64,000 bases of DNA from NCBI GenBank assembly GCA_950097015.1, contig CATNEN010000007.1, positions 12,276,001 through 12,340,000 of the forward strand. Reading direction: 5' to 3'. Made by a program: the position numbers and the translations under genes. This DNA comes from Macrostomum hystrix. Taxonomy: Eukaryota > Animalia > Platyhelminthes. Below, one piece after another: positions 23,101 to 35,153 of the stretch. The stretch's first letter is position 1. Each line of letters begins with the position of its first letter. The notes under the pieces were generated by a model. The model was not told where the DNA came from. It saw only the letters and a program-made list of their open reading frames with translations, and made no database searches.

Positions 23101-24642
23101 ATTCTGGCAGGCCAGGTAGAGCGGTGAGGATCCTGTGTCTCTTTGAAGGTTGACTTCTGAGCGAGCCTTGATGAGCAGTTGCACCACCTTGTAGTGGTTT
23201 TGCTCAGACGCAATACTCAGTGCAGTCCCACCCGTATTAGTTCGGACATTGACATCTGCCAGTGCTTTGATCAGCAATCTCGCCACTCTGTCGTGGCCGT
23301 TTTGCGACGCGTAGTAAAGTGGCGTCGCTCCATCTTTATCAACAGCGTTTATTTCAGCTTGAGTACCGATGAGTAGCTTCACAATTAAATGGTGTCCATT
23401 TTGAGAAGCGATGTGGAGAGGCGTACAATCAGTCTCATCCGGTAGATTAACATCGACCTGCGAGTTAAGCAGCAGCTTGAGAGCCTTGAATTGACCATAC
23501 TGGCTTGCAAAGTACACAGGTGTGCGGCCGCAGTAGGCTTGTATATCCGGCTTAACTTCGAAACTTCTTAATAGTGCTCGGACGACGTGATCATGGCCCT
23601 GCAGTGATGCGATGCACAGAGGCACCATTTTGCTGTGCTTCTGCGAGTTTACATCTGCTTTAGCGATTATCAACCTTTCAACCACTTCATGGTGGCCATT
23701 CTGCGCCGCCACGTAGATCGCCGTTGCTCCCTGAGCATCCTTCAGATTGACATCGGCCTGTGCTCTAATTAGTGCGTCTGCGGCTTGGCAATGACCATTT
23801 TGTGCTGCGACATGCAGTGCAGAAGCGCCTTCGCTCAGCTGAATGCCGACGTCTGCCTGTGCCTTGACAAGCGTGTCCAAAACTCGATAATGGCCTTCCA
23901 GCGCCGCAATGATGAGAGGCGAAATTCCGCTGTCCTCCTGACGATTGACGTCGGCTTCAGCCTTGGCAAGCAGTTCAACAACTTTTTCGTGACCCTGCAA
24001 CGACGCGATGTACAGGGGGGAGCACCCTTTAGACTCCGTGATTTCAACGTCCGCCTGAGCCTTGACGAGCAAGTCCACAACTTCATGGTGACCGAATTGG
24101 GACGCGATGTAGAGAGGTGTGCACCTCTCAGATCCGGTAAGGTTGACGTCAGCTTGAGCTTTGATCAGCAGCTTTACCACCCGGCCGTGGCCATTCTGGG
24201 ATGCAATATAGAGTGGAGTGCATCCATCGACTTCCCGAATGTCGAGCTCCGCCCGTGCCTTTATTAAGGAGTTCACCACACGATCATGGCCGTTCTCCGA
24301 CGCAGCGTAGAGAGGCGTGCAGCCATCGACATCCGACAAGCCGACATCAGCATGAGCCTTAATAAGGGCGTCCACGACTTCATGGTGCCCCCGCTGCGAT
24401 GCTATGAACAGTGGTGACTCGCCAGTAGCCAACTGAACATTAATATTGGATGACGGCACTGTGATCAGTCTTCGGATGATGTCAATATTGCCAGCCACAC
24501 AAGCCAGATGCAATGGTGTGCCCGTCTCGCGTTCATAGAAAACTAGCTGATCAACTCGCATCCCCGTGGCCAGGGCTTGTTCGATCAATTGAAAATTTTC
24601 TGCCTCAACAGCTGCCATAAACTCTTGGCCTCTGGCTTCCAT
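20148..24642 (-). CDS. Ankyrin-repeat / Mab-21 (cGAS-like receptor, cGLR) fusion; exons 24642-22181, 22004-21658, 21577-20148 (about 1412 aa)
   Basis: About 23 ankyrin repeats, then a phase-2 intron (GG|GTAAGT..TTTCAG|G) and a phase-1 intron (G|GTGAGA..TTCCAG|CG) keep one frame. NTase motifs: VGSFSEG, SDIDVM, VDIV, CHVV, LRVST.FLEK, KSYHVKSI, HFF. Confidence 0.85.
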
Positions 24643-27390
24643 GTCTCTTGACGGCGAGCGTGGTTGATGTTCTGATCGCCGCGTATTCGCGGCGCCTTGC
24701 AATCTCTAAAGCGCGCGTAGTGATCACTTTCTCAATTTTATACTTATCTTGAATATGCAGTGTCTAATATACTCTGGCTCGGTGTTTTTCAGTAACAAAC
24801 AGCTCAACACAACCTAGTAATTACGTGCCGAAGAAGCAATGCACATTCAGTTTCTTGCTGTTAGCCTTGCTGTGCTGTACGTTAAGTAGTATTATGCTTA
24901 TCAGGCAAAGCCAGTAGACAATTCGCTCCCTCGTGTATATGGGGCGTACAATTGGTTTTTAGTCTTTTGCATTATATATTCTTTTGTTTGAGAATAAAAT
25001 GTAGCAAATCTTTAAGCATAGCCTTAGCTAAATACTGCTAAGTAGGCTGTATGGACTTAAACGACAATAAATTAAGAAAACCTCGATAAAAAATTGCAGC
25101 GATGTGGTTTGCCTAATGTAAATTTTTTTCAAATAATCTAAACTACAATGCCACCTCATGCTTGAGCTCATTGCCTTATTACGATGAACTATTTCCTCCA
25201 ACAAAAAGGAGTTGAAATAGAATTACGATAGAGTTGCTATTAATTTAGGTCTGCCGTGTCATTGATTGCAGTAACAGTGACATCATGATACGGAGAGCAA
25301 GATTTATAGAAATTTCAATGAGTGAGAGTTAACATAAAGGGAAAGGGAAAATTAACCGCGAATTTTCCGATTCCCTCTCGCCTTTCTATTTGCAGAAGTT
25401 TGCCAAGTAGTTTTTGCCAATCCTTGGCAGGGTTGCCAATTTTTTACCTTACTTTATGCGTACGTTTACCACTCTATATCGAAAACCTATGACTACTCAA
25501 CTGTAATTTTTTTCTCCATTTAAGTCTGATAAATACTGCTTAAGAAGCAATATCTCTAAACTTTTTGAGATTGCTTTCTTTGATTAATTAGAAGTCGAAA
25601 AGGCCTAAGTTTGAATTTTCACATTTCTCAGCCAATCGGTCGTGTGAATTTTGTGTGTTGGTCCGGTTCCCTCGCTAGGCATACGGCGTTCGTCGTCATG
25701 GTCGACCATGTTAGTGTACCAACGTTTATCGAGCGTCCATAGCCCAATAATAAGCAGACTTTACGAGCAGCTAATTTTTATGTATATTATTTGAACTATA
25801 TAATGCTTTCACGCAGAAACTTTAGTTGCATAGGCCAGGTCTACTTAACATTTTTAATGCTTTAAATAAGTTTAGGCCTATGTTTATTGCTGCATTGTCA
25901 TTGTATAAAAAATATTTTTTCGTCTTGAAACATATTTTTACAAAAAGTATTGATTGTGTTTGATTATCATTTATCAATCATGTTCAATTACTAAGTCAGT
26001 TGTAGATCTTTGATTTTAGTATTACCTCTTTAGAAAAAAGTTCCATTTTATGTTCTTTGAAATTATTATGATTGAATTGGTTTAACTTTCTCTTGACTAG
26101 ATAATCAACTTAACCTAAGATTTCAAAATACCTACTAGAAATTAGTAAGAAAAGTACACAGTTATAATCAGTTATTGCTTTAAAGAATAGTAGAATATTT
26201 GGTTAGCAGCAGCTATTAAAATTTACTTAATAGTAGGCCTACATAATTTTGGCAATTGTCTTACTAATGGTACATTTTTATGCCTTAGGTCTAGGCATTA
26301 GGGCAGATTATGGTGATCGGTAAATTTAATTAAAACATTTAATTATCGGGACTATAAAGTTTAGGTCAGCCACAAGACCATTGTTGTCAGTGCTCATGGT
26401 CATCTAGTCATTTTTAAGCGAAAGTGAAGGAAAAATGTAAAATAACTTAATGTAGTAAAGCAAGAGATTGCCAAAGGCTAAATTAGACCTAAATGTTAGG
26501 GCCTAATATAGAAAAGTTTACTATTTTAAATACCAATAATTAATATCACTTTTAAATATATTGACTTCAAATGCTAATCACAAAAATGTTTGTATTGCAC
26601 AACAGTTTGTCTTTCAAGCTAAAAAATAGTTTTACCACTTATTATTTTTTAGAACAACCAGAGCAACAACCTTCTTACATCACCCATTGTTGTCTAGCAT
26701 TGGTTTCATAAAATCATGTGATGCAACAAGTGCAGTCTAGAGTTCTTAGTTAGATAAAATTCTTATTGAGAATAAGTGCTTTTATTGATTTATTTAATAG
26801 ATCAGATTTGTGCAGCTGAAAAAAGTGAAATAATAACTGCCAACAGTACTGATGATAGTGCTGCTGTAGGCAAATTACATGTTGACTGGAAAATTTGACT
26901 ATGAAATATTATACTTGCACAATGACTAAGACTTCTCAAAAAGCACTAAAAATTCTAGTATAGAGCTATTTCAGCTAGCTTGTTTGTCATGACTTGTGTT
27001 TCTTTCTTATAAATGCAGTAAGTGAAACATGTTAGGTCTTGAGGCCAATTCAGTCTTCAGCCTCTTGTTTAAGCATTGACTCATGTTGTAGTCAAGTTTT
27101 GGCCGCTTCCACCCAGAGGCTATATTTAGGACTTCTAGCTCCATCCCCTTACAAGCATCAATGTAGCATCAGGAATTTAACAATGAGTAAAAACTCAGTC
27201 TCATATTGGGTTTCACTTCAGAACCAGAAGCAAAATAAGCTAGACTTGGTAATGTGCTAGATGCAGAAGTTTCGTTTAAATCTAAAAATGACTAAAAATT
27301 GGCTTGTAGAAGAATGATCCGTTAGAATTTCTTATGTATTTTGCTTTTTGTACAAAAAAACTAAAAGTTATTTCACAGTGGTTTCTGCAT

Positions 27391-27630
27391 TAACTGCTAC
27401 CATCTGATTCTAACTGCTACCATCTGATTCTAACTGCTACCATCTGATTCTAACTGCTACCATCTGATTCTAACTGCTACCATCTGATTCTAACTGCTAC
27501 CATCTGATTCTAACTGCTACCATCTGATTCTAACTGCTAACATCTGATTCTAACTGCTACCATCTGATTCTAACTGCTACCATCTGATTCTAACTGCTAC
27601 CATATGATTCTAACTGCTACCATCTGATTC
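27391..27630. repeat. 20-bp minisatellite (TAACTGCTACCATCTGATTC)x12 abutting the CASC3 acceptor
   Basis: Array ends ..CTGATTC, followed directly by CAG|GAG at 27631-27633. Confidence 0.96.
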
Positions 27631-27633
27631 CAG

Positions 27634-30249
27634 GAGGCTCACACAGAGGACTCGGAATTCGCCGACGCTGAGGACGGAGGCACCGCTGCCGCATCCGCCT
27701 GCGACGCGCCTGCAGACGACACGGTGTCCGAGGACGGTGACACCGGCGGCTCCGAGACGGCGCAGTTTGTTGAGGCTGCGGAGGAGCCGGAGACTCGAAA
27801 GGCGGATGGTGACACGACTGAAGCTGAGCCAAGCGCTCCCGCTGAGTCTGAAGAAGCACAGGCAGATGCTGCTGCCAGCCCGGAAGCTGGGAGTGGCGCA
27901 GAAAAGCCGCAGGCCGATACTGCTGGGCCAGAACAGGCAGACAAGCTCCAGAAACCAAGCTGCATTGCAGCCGAGGAAGCTGCGGCAGCTGCAGAATCAG
28001 GCAGTGCTGCAGAAGAGCCGGCTGAGGCTAAAAAGGAGTCAGAGGATGCTGAAGAGCCAGGTGCTGGACAAGATGAAGTAAGGGACACTGCTGACGAGAC
28101 CGTGACGCACAAAGCCGAGGGCGAAGATGGACCAGAGACGGAAGCTGGAGCAGTCGAGGGCGAGGGCTCGTCTTCAGTTTACTCTGATGCTGTGGAGGAC
28201 GGCGGTGGACAGCCGACTGTGGTGGCCGATGAATCTGGCGCTCAGGAGAACGCTGTAGAAGACAAGGGCAAAGAAGAGGCTGGAAAAGGAGAAAAAGCTG
28301 AGGAAGAAGTTGGTGACGTCAAAGATGGTTCGGCGCAGCTGAAGGGTGAAGCTGATGAAGAGGAAGCTGTTGAAGAGAATGCTGGTAAAGAAGAGCAGGA
28401 AGGCGATGAAGAAGAAGCTGGCAAGGAAGAGCAGGAAGCAGAAACTGATGAAGAGGAAGGTGAGGCTAAAGCAATGGAAGCCTCCCAGAAAGGTAATTGT
28501 AATGAAGAGGAAGCGGAAGACGATGAAGAGGAAGCGGAAGACGATGAAGAGGAAGCGGAAGACGATGAAGAGGAAGCGGAAGACGATGAAGAGGAAGCGG
28601 AAGATGATGAAGAGGAAGCTGATAAGAAAGGTGAAGATGATGAAAAGGAAGCTGATAATGAATGTGACGCTCTTAAAGACGAAGCTGACGAAGGGGAAGA
28701 AGAGGATGCTGAAGATGATGAAGATGAAGCTGGTGAGGACTGTGAAGATCATCAAGAGAGAGCTAATGAGGAAGAACAGGAAACTGAAGGAGCCAAAGAT
28801 GAGGATGAAAAGGAGGAAGTGGATGAGGAAGCTGGCGAGGAGGTTGGTACACCAAGTGATGAAGCGCCAGAAGTGGTCGCCAAGGACGCTGACGAAGACA
28901 AGTCGGACCCAGCATTTGTGCCCCGGCGGGGCCAGTTCTACATGCACGACCTGCGCGAAGAGGGCGGTGCCGACGGCGTTGAGTCGACAAAGCAGCGCCA
29001 GGCCAAGCGCGGCCCTGACGCGGTGGACAAGTGGGCGCACGACCGATTCGACCAATATCTGCAGGGCCCGAAAACCTCCGCCGAGCTGGTGAAGCGGTAC
29101 GGCTTTGATATTCGACGTGGTGAGGGCGACGCTGCCCTTCAGGAGGACAAAAGAGACGGTGCTGGCGTCAGCCGGCGCGGTGGAGCCGCTGGCGGTGGTG
29201 ACAGTCAGCAGCGTCAAAGAGGCGGCCGCGGCCACTGGCCACGCGAAAAGGACAATACAGGTGAAGCAGCTGCTCCGGTGCCTCCTCCAGTCAGGGACAG
29301 TAGAGGTGGCGTCGGCGGGCGCAGAGGCTTTGGCCGACCGAGGCAGCCGCAGCAACAGCTGGCAAGTCCCCCCGCCGAGTCATTCGGGCGCGACACCCAG
29401 GACCCGCGTCTGCGCTCCAACCAGAGGGGTCAGCAATTTGACGACCCCAGGCGTAGGCGCCCACAAGAGCCAGCTGCGCAGCAGCAGTTTGGCGGCAGTG
29501 GTCGAGGTCCGGCTTCTTCTGATCAGAATCAGAGGTACCCGCCGCAGCAACACCGACAGCCTGTGCAGCCGGAGCAGCAGCCCCAGCAGGCCCGCATGTA
29601 CGAATTGGATCTGGAAAAATTCGATCGTCAGCAACGCGAGCGAGCGATGGCGTCTCGTAACACACGTCAGCAGGTAAGCGGCGACCGAGTCGGTGGTGGA
29701 GACCATAGAGACAGCGGAGGTCACGGTGGCAACAGAGGTTACGGCAGAAATGTTGGCCAAAGTAGTAGCGGAGGCCACGGCAGCAGCGAAGGTCACGGCA
29801 GCAGCGGAGGACACGGCAGCAGCGGAGGACACGGCAGCAGCGGAGGACACGGCAGCAGCGAAGGTCACGGCAGCAGCGGAGGACACGGCAGCAGCGGAGG
29901 ACACGGCAGCAGCGGAGGACACGGCAGCAGCGGAGGCCACGGCAGTATGGTGTTCTACGGCCGAGGGCGCGGTGGCGGTGGTGGTTTTAGCCCGCAGAAC
30001 CGGCGCGGTTTTTCTGCTTCGCAGCAGCAGCAGTTTGCTTCGCCACCACCTCCGCTGCCACCCCAGCAGCAGCGAATGCCGGAGTGGATGTCGCCTGATC
30101 AGAATGCCAACCGCCAGATGATGCCTATCGACGAAATGCGCGGCGATCCCAGGCAGCCGCAACAGCAGTATCTGAACTACTTTCCGGCTGTGAATCCGTC
30201 GATTGTGATGCAGCAGCAGCAGCAGCGCAGAATGCCTCAGCAGCATTAG
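27634..30249 (+). CDS. CASC3: CASC3/Barentsz/MLN51 (exon junction complex) with long acidic N-terminus; start exon uncertain (candidate 25698-25709)
   Basis: SELOR/Btz motifs DPAFVPRRGQFYMHDLR and KWAHDRFD..QGPKT..ELVKRYGFDIR. The frame is open from the acceptor at 27633. Confidence 0.85.
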   Translation, partial: EAHTEDSEFADAEDGGTAAASACDAPADDTVSEDGDTGGSETAQFVEAAEEPETRKADGDTTEAEPSAPAESEEAQADAAASPEAGSGAEKPQADTAGPEQADKLQKPSCIAAEEAAAAAESGSAAEEPAEAKKESEDAEEPGAGQDEVRDTADETVTHKAEGEDGPETEAGAVEGEGSSSVYSDAVEDGGGQPTVVADESGAQENAVEDKGKEEAGKGEKAEEEVGDVKDGSAQLKGEADEEEAVEENAGKEEQEGDEEEAGKEEQEAETDEEEGEAKAMEASQKGNCNEEEAEDDEEEAEDDEEEAEDDEEEAEDDEEEAEDDEEEADKKGEDDEKEADNECDALKDEADEGEEEDAEDDEDEAGEDCEDHQERANEEEQETEGAKDEDEKEEVDEEAGEEVGTPSDEAPEVVAKDADEDKSDPAFVPRRGQFYMHDLREEGGADGVESTKQRQAKRGPDAVDKWAHDRFDQYLQGPKTSAELVKRYGFDIRRGEGDAALQEDKRDGAGVSRRGGAAGGGDSQQRQRGGRGHWPREKDNTGEAAAPVPPPVRDSRGGVGGRRGFGRPRQPQQQLASPPAESFGRDTQDPRLRSNQRGQQFDDPRRRRPQEPAAQQQFGGSGRGPASSDQNQRYPPQQHRQPVQPEQQPQQARMYELDLEKFDRQQRERAMASRNTRQQVSGDRVGGGDHRDSGGHGGNRGYGRNVGQSSSGGHGSSEGHGSSGGHGSSGGHGSSGGHGSSEGHGSSGGHGSSGGHGSSGGHGSSGGHGSMVFYGRGRGGGGGFSPQNRRGFSASQQQQFASPPPPLPPQQQRMPEWMSPDQNANRQMMPIDEMRGDPRQPQQQYLNYFPAVNPSIVMQQQQQRRMPQQH

Positions 30250-31679
30250 ACAAGATTGCATCAAAACTCGCAACTAACTACATGTTTTTTTCTTGTTCGT
30301 TTTCAGCTTCTCGTCCGCGTTAGAAACTTTCATGCCCTAAGTAGACCCAATCGAAGAATTTTTCACGTTTTTCCTCCCCGTCTGTCTTCTGCACTCTATT
30401 TTTATATGATTAGCCGCTACTACTCAAGCTGTTATGAGTGATCAAGACTGATCGGCAACGGAGTTTTTATGCTTGCCGACTTGCTTAAATCCCAGTGTAT
30501 GTAAATACAAAGGCCTGCGCTGCCAGCGGCTCCGAGGGTGTTTTGTAGACGTTGGAAGTCAGTTTCCATCTGAAATGGCATTCATTCTGCTATTAGTTGA
30601 CTCTCTCATTTTACCTTGCTAGTCGCGTGGGACTGGGTGGGTTGGTGCGCTCTCTAGTGGCTACTGCCATAAGTAGCCGATAAAGCGCTTGAATCTGAGC
30701 GGCTCACTCGCCCTTTTATTGGCTCAGGCTTTCTGGAAATTTCTTTCTCTTTGTCAATTTCCTTTCCACGCGAAAATCAATTAATAGTCGGTGCCGCGGC
30801 TCTCGGCAACCCAGGGCTCTCAGCCGGCTGCAACTCTTGGAACCGGGCGATTATTGCTTCCTATTCTTATCGAATCCATTGTATCGATCTGGCTGGCCGC
30901 TTCCGATCGGATCAGGTGGCAGCCGATTAAAGCAGCAGAGCTGAGGATATTGCGAAAATTACCCATAGTTAAAATGCTTCGCTCGCTCACATCTTTGAAA
31001 TCGCTTGAGCAGTTTCCCTCTCCTTCAGTGCCGTTCTTCATCTCCCACACAGTACGCAGTTGCCCTAATTAAAAAGTTCTGAGCATTGTTTCATCGAGAT
31101 TGGAAATTGGCTGCTCCATTCGCACTGATCGCAGAGCCCAGCTTTAGCCTAAAATTCAGTTGCTGGGCGAGTCCCTGCGGATTGCAGCCCCAACCGGCTA
31201 AGCAACAAGCGCTCGTATCGCTACAGCCAGCTGTTCACTTCCTTTGCAATGCGTTGGCGCGGTAGGCAGAGGTGCGCACTGGCGGGACCCGCGGCTCCCG
31301 AAAACAGACTTGCATTTGTCTCTACGTCACTCCCACTCTCTGAGACTCAGCCACATTGCTCGTGTTTTTCTTGCTTTGGCTGTTGCGCTATCTTGCCATT
31401 GGCTGCCGACCGTGTTGCAGTTAAGAACCCTCCCAGCAGGCGCCGACAGTATTTGAGCAGGCAGCGCTTAAGCCCGGCTCCCCTTCTGCGGGCCCCACAA
31501 ACAGTTTGCGCACAGCTCTAAAGCCAGCCCGATACCGCCTGCCCACTTCCGCGCTCTCTGTCTCTGTGTTTTTGGCTAATTCAGAGTTTTCTCTTCCGCT
31601 GCCGTTAAGAAACGATTCGCTCAGTTCAGGCGACACTTCAGCCAGCCAGCAAGCAGCACCGCAGGCCACACCATAGACT

Positions 31680-32510
31680 ATGGAGATCGACCTGCCGCTT
31701 TACTCGCCGGGCCTGCAGTCCGTCTGCAACTCGAGCTTCGACAGCCTGCCCGGCGGCTCCTTCAGGCTGCCACCTTGCCACTCCGCCGCCATCTCGGTCA
31801 CCGACGACCGCATCAGCACGGTCGACTCGTGTTCCGTTGTCAAGTGCGAGGACGAGGACTTCCTGAAAGACATCCTGGACCTGCCGGACAGCCTGTCGCC
31901 ACCGGACAGCGGGTGCCACACCGGCCAATCCACACCGGCTTACCGCTGTGACTTCTCGCTCGCCCTATCCTCGCCACCATCGTCGCCGCTAGACGAAGCC
32001 GACGAGGAGTTCGACGCCGCGTCGCTGTCGCTGCTGTCGGCAGCTGCCACCGGCCCAATGGGGCAGACCGAACCGGCGGAGGGCGAAAACGAAGATGATG
32101 ACGACGATGACGATGATGACGAAGAAGAAGACTGCAGCACGGCAGCCTCGGTGGCCGGCTCAGTCGGCATTTCTGACTACGAACTGGTGACGCTGAGCAT
32201 CAAGGACCTCAATGCGCGCCTCCGCCACCTGCCTAAATCGCGGGTGCTGCAGCTGAAGCACCGCCGGCGGACGCTGAAGAATCGCCAGTACGCGCACGTC
32301 TGCCGACTGCGCAGGCAGAAAACGCAGGCCGAGCTTGCCACCGAGAGCGTCGGCATGGCGCGCCAGATCGCCAGCCTCCGCCAGCAGCTGGAGCGGACCA
32401 GCCGCGAGCGGGACCTCTACCGGGACGAGCTGCGCCGGGTTCAGCAGCACCTGCTCCATCAGCGGCATCTGCCGCCCTTCAGCGACAGTCCGAGCGCGCA
32501 GCTGCTCTGA
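31680..32510 (+). CDS. Maf-family bZIP transcription factor, intronless
   Basis: Extended homology and basic region SDYELVTLSIKDLN..LKHRRRTLKNRQYA..CR, leucine zipper, acidic N-terminus; AATAAA at about 32576. Confidence 0.88.
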   Translation: MEIDLPLYSPGLQSVCNSSFDSLPGGSFRLPPCHSAAISVTDDRISTVDSCSVVKCEDEDFLKDILDLPDSLSPPDSGCHTGQSTPAYRCDFSLALSSPPSSPLDEADEEFDAASLSLLSAAATGPMGQTEPAEGENEDDDDDDDDDEEEDCSTAASVAGSVGISDYELVTLSIKDLNARLRHLPKSRVLQLKHRRRTLKNRQYAHVCRLRRQKTQAELATESVGMARQIASLRQQLERTSRERDLYRDELRRVQQHLLHQRHLPPFSDSPSAQLL

Positions 32511-34849
32511 CCGCCGCCCGCCCGCCCTCGCCCCGACTTCCCTGACTCTTCAAATCCGGACTAACGACTGCTGGCAATAAATCCCGACTTTCCGTCAGTT
32601 TGAAGATCGGAACTGGCGACTAGCGCAGCCCGACTGGAGCCGCCCGAGATGGCTGCGCCTTCCGCCCCCCATTCTGCACTCAGCTCCGCCTCCCAGCGGC
32701 CCCATCGAATTCGCCTGAACTTGACCGGACCGGACCGACCGCTGCCCCGCTGCCGCCTTCTCTGGTGCCCGGGTTCCTATCAAGCAACTCCCTGACAATG
32801 TCTGCGCCTGTGATTTCCGCTTGTCTTCCCCCCAGACCCAACTCCTTAAGCCGAGTTTGTGCATTTTACTTTTCGAACTGAGATCATTGTTAATGAGAGG
32901 CCGCGGTCATCCGTCGGTGGCCCCGACTCTCGCAGCCGCTGCTCTGCAGCCCTGCGCGCCGTCCTCTGCACGGGACCGCCGCTCCTCCGCCAGCTCAGGA
33001 ATATTAGGGAGCAATGCCTTCAGCCCCAGATTCCGGTCCGCGCTTCTCCCCTACCCGCCGCCCGCTGTCGGAGCTCCCGGCACTGGGCGCGACATCCTGC
33101 GGCCGCACCTTAGCCTCAAGCACCGGCCCATCCGAGGTTTATCGGGTGAAGCCGGTGCGTTGCTGAGACGGTCGTGGGTTCGCGCCTCGTGCCCGGGTTC
33201 GGTCTCTGTCGAGCGTCGCTGCGCGAGGCGGCAGCCGGAGACGGAGGCGCTGCGACCCCGACTCCCGCCACCGCTGCGGCAGTCAGTACCGCTTCCGTCC
33301 TTCCGACTCTGTCGGAGTTCGGGTGTCGGTAATCCGACTGCTCCGGTCATTGGGGTCAAAGCCCTACCAAAACTCGGCTTGTCCGAATCCCTCGACGCGC
33401 TCAGAGACGCCGTGGCGAGCAGTTCTGGGAGAGCGCGACAGTGATCGGGGACTGGGCAAGGCTGGACAGAAGATTTAGTTCGCTGATTTGTTTGTCAGCC
33501 GAGGCGGAGTGAGCGGCCGGGACTTGTGCGGGGAGCCGCCAGTGCCGCGGCAGCTGCTGTTCTGTAGTGCTTTTGTCCTTGGCTAGCCTGACCAAGCTGT
33601 AAAGATCTAATCACCTGTGCATATGGAAGCAACCTGCCTTATAGCTAGTGTTAATTCGTCCCATCGCAGAGCATATTCTGAAAAAAACAACGCACTCGCC
33701 CGGTTAGCGAAAGCGGCAGATGCCCTCCGCTGCCGCCTCTTCCACGCGAGTTCATTTGGCCGCCCGCATTATAGGCAATACGATGAATAATGCTTATTTA
33801 AACAAATACAGACTTTCTCTCTCCAAGTGTTCCTGTTTGGCATTCACAAACTGCTGGTTTGCTGTTCTTGCTCATTTTCTGAGCTGTTGGGACTGTTGGG
33901 AGGCACCCAGTCTGAGGCGATTTCATATCAGCACGGAGGCACTGGTGCAGGTGTACCTGTCCTGTCTGCCTGGTTCACATATCTAAGCTGCGTGAGCAGT
34001 TGGAGTGCATCTGCACCGATACCAAGTCAGCTCAGGCGCCGTGCCTGCGCCCTGGGTGGACTTTCAACCCGGCCCCAGAGTGTTTTTTGCTCTGTAACAG
34101 CCGATTGCATCACAGGCTTGTGCCACTGCACCGGGCCAGCCCAGATAAGCCCTGCTCAGTGCTCCAGCTCGCAGACATGCGGCCAGCCTGTGTTCTCCAA
34201 CCCCAACAAGCCTTGTGCCGGTGGAAAGTTTACAGCAATTGTTACACTTTCACTGCTGCACTTCCATGTGACACGCTGGCTCGCCTGCTTAAGTGCCGAG
34301 CACTTTCTAAGACCGCGGCGATGCTTGAGCACCCCACTGGGAGCCGATCCGACACAATTTTCTTCTGACTTTTTCATTTCTTCTCTGAATTTCCCTTCAA
34401 TTTCTTCCCTTACCGAGCACACAGGTCTTAGCGCTTTTCCGCACCAACAACCACAATTTGGCCCCGACACAATTCCTTCCTCACTTCACAGTTCCCACTT
34501 ACCGTGGACTTCCGATCCCGAAAGTCGCGCGGGCGGGTCGTTCTCTGCGCTGCCGCTCGGCCGCCCCCCGCCCCGCTGCGCGGGCAGCAGCGGGCAGGGA
34601 GAGGGTGGAGAGCCGGACCTCCGCGGGACAGCTGCAGCTCCTCCCCCGGTGGGTCCAACTCCTCACACCCGCTCACTTCCTTCCCCGACAGTGTCCTTTC
34701 TGGGCTACAGCGGCATTCGCGATTCCAAGTGCAGAATTTATTGTTATTAACAACCCACCCAGCAACCCACTCATCGCTCTGCTCACTGGTTGACCACGCA
34801 CGGCAAATCCCTTGCTCACAACTTCGAACTCATTCACACAGGCTCATTC

Positions 34850-35153
34850 ACTCACTCACACTAGCCTCACTCAGTCCCTCACTCACTCACTCACACTAGC
34901 CTCACTCACTCACTCACTCACTCATTCACTCACTCACTCACTCACTCACTCACTCACTCACTCACTCACTCACTCACTCACATTCACTCACTCACTCACT
35001 CACTCACTCACTCACTCACTCACTCACTCACTCACTCACTCACTCACACACTCACACACTCACATTCACTCACTCACTCACTCACTCACATTCACTCACT
35101 CACTCACTCACTCACATTCACTCACTCACTCACTCACTCACTCACTCACTCAC
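34850..35153. repeat. (CACT)n microsatellite
   Basis: Visible. Confidence 0.96.
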
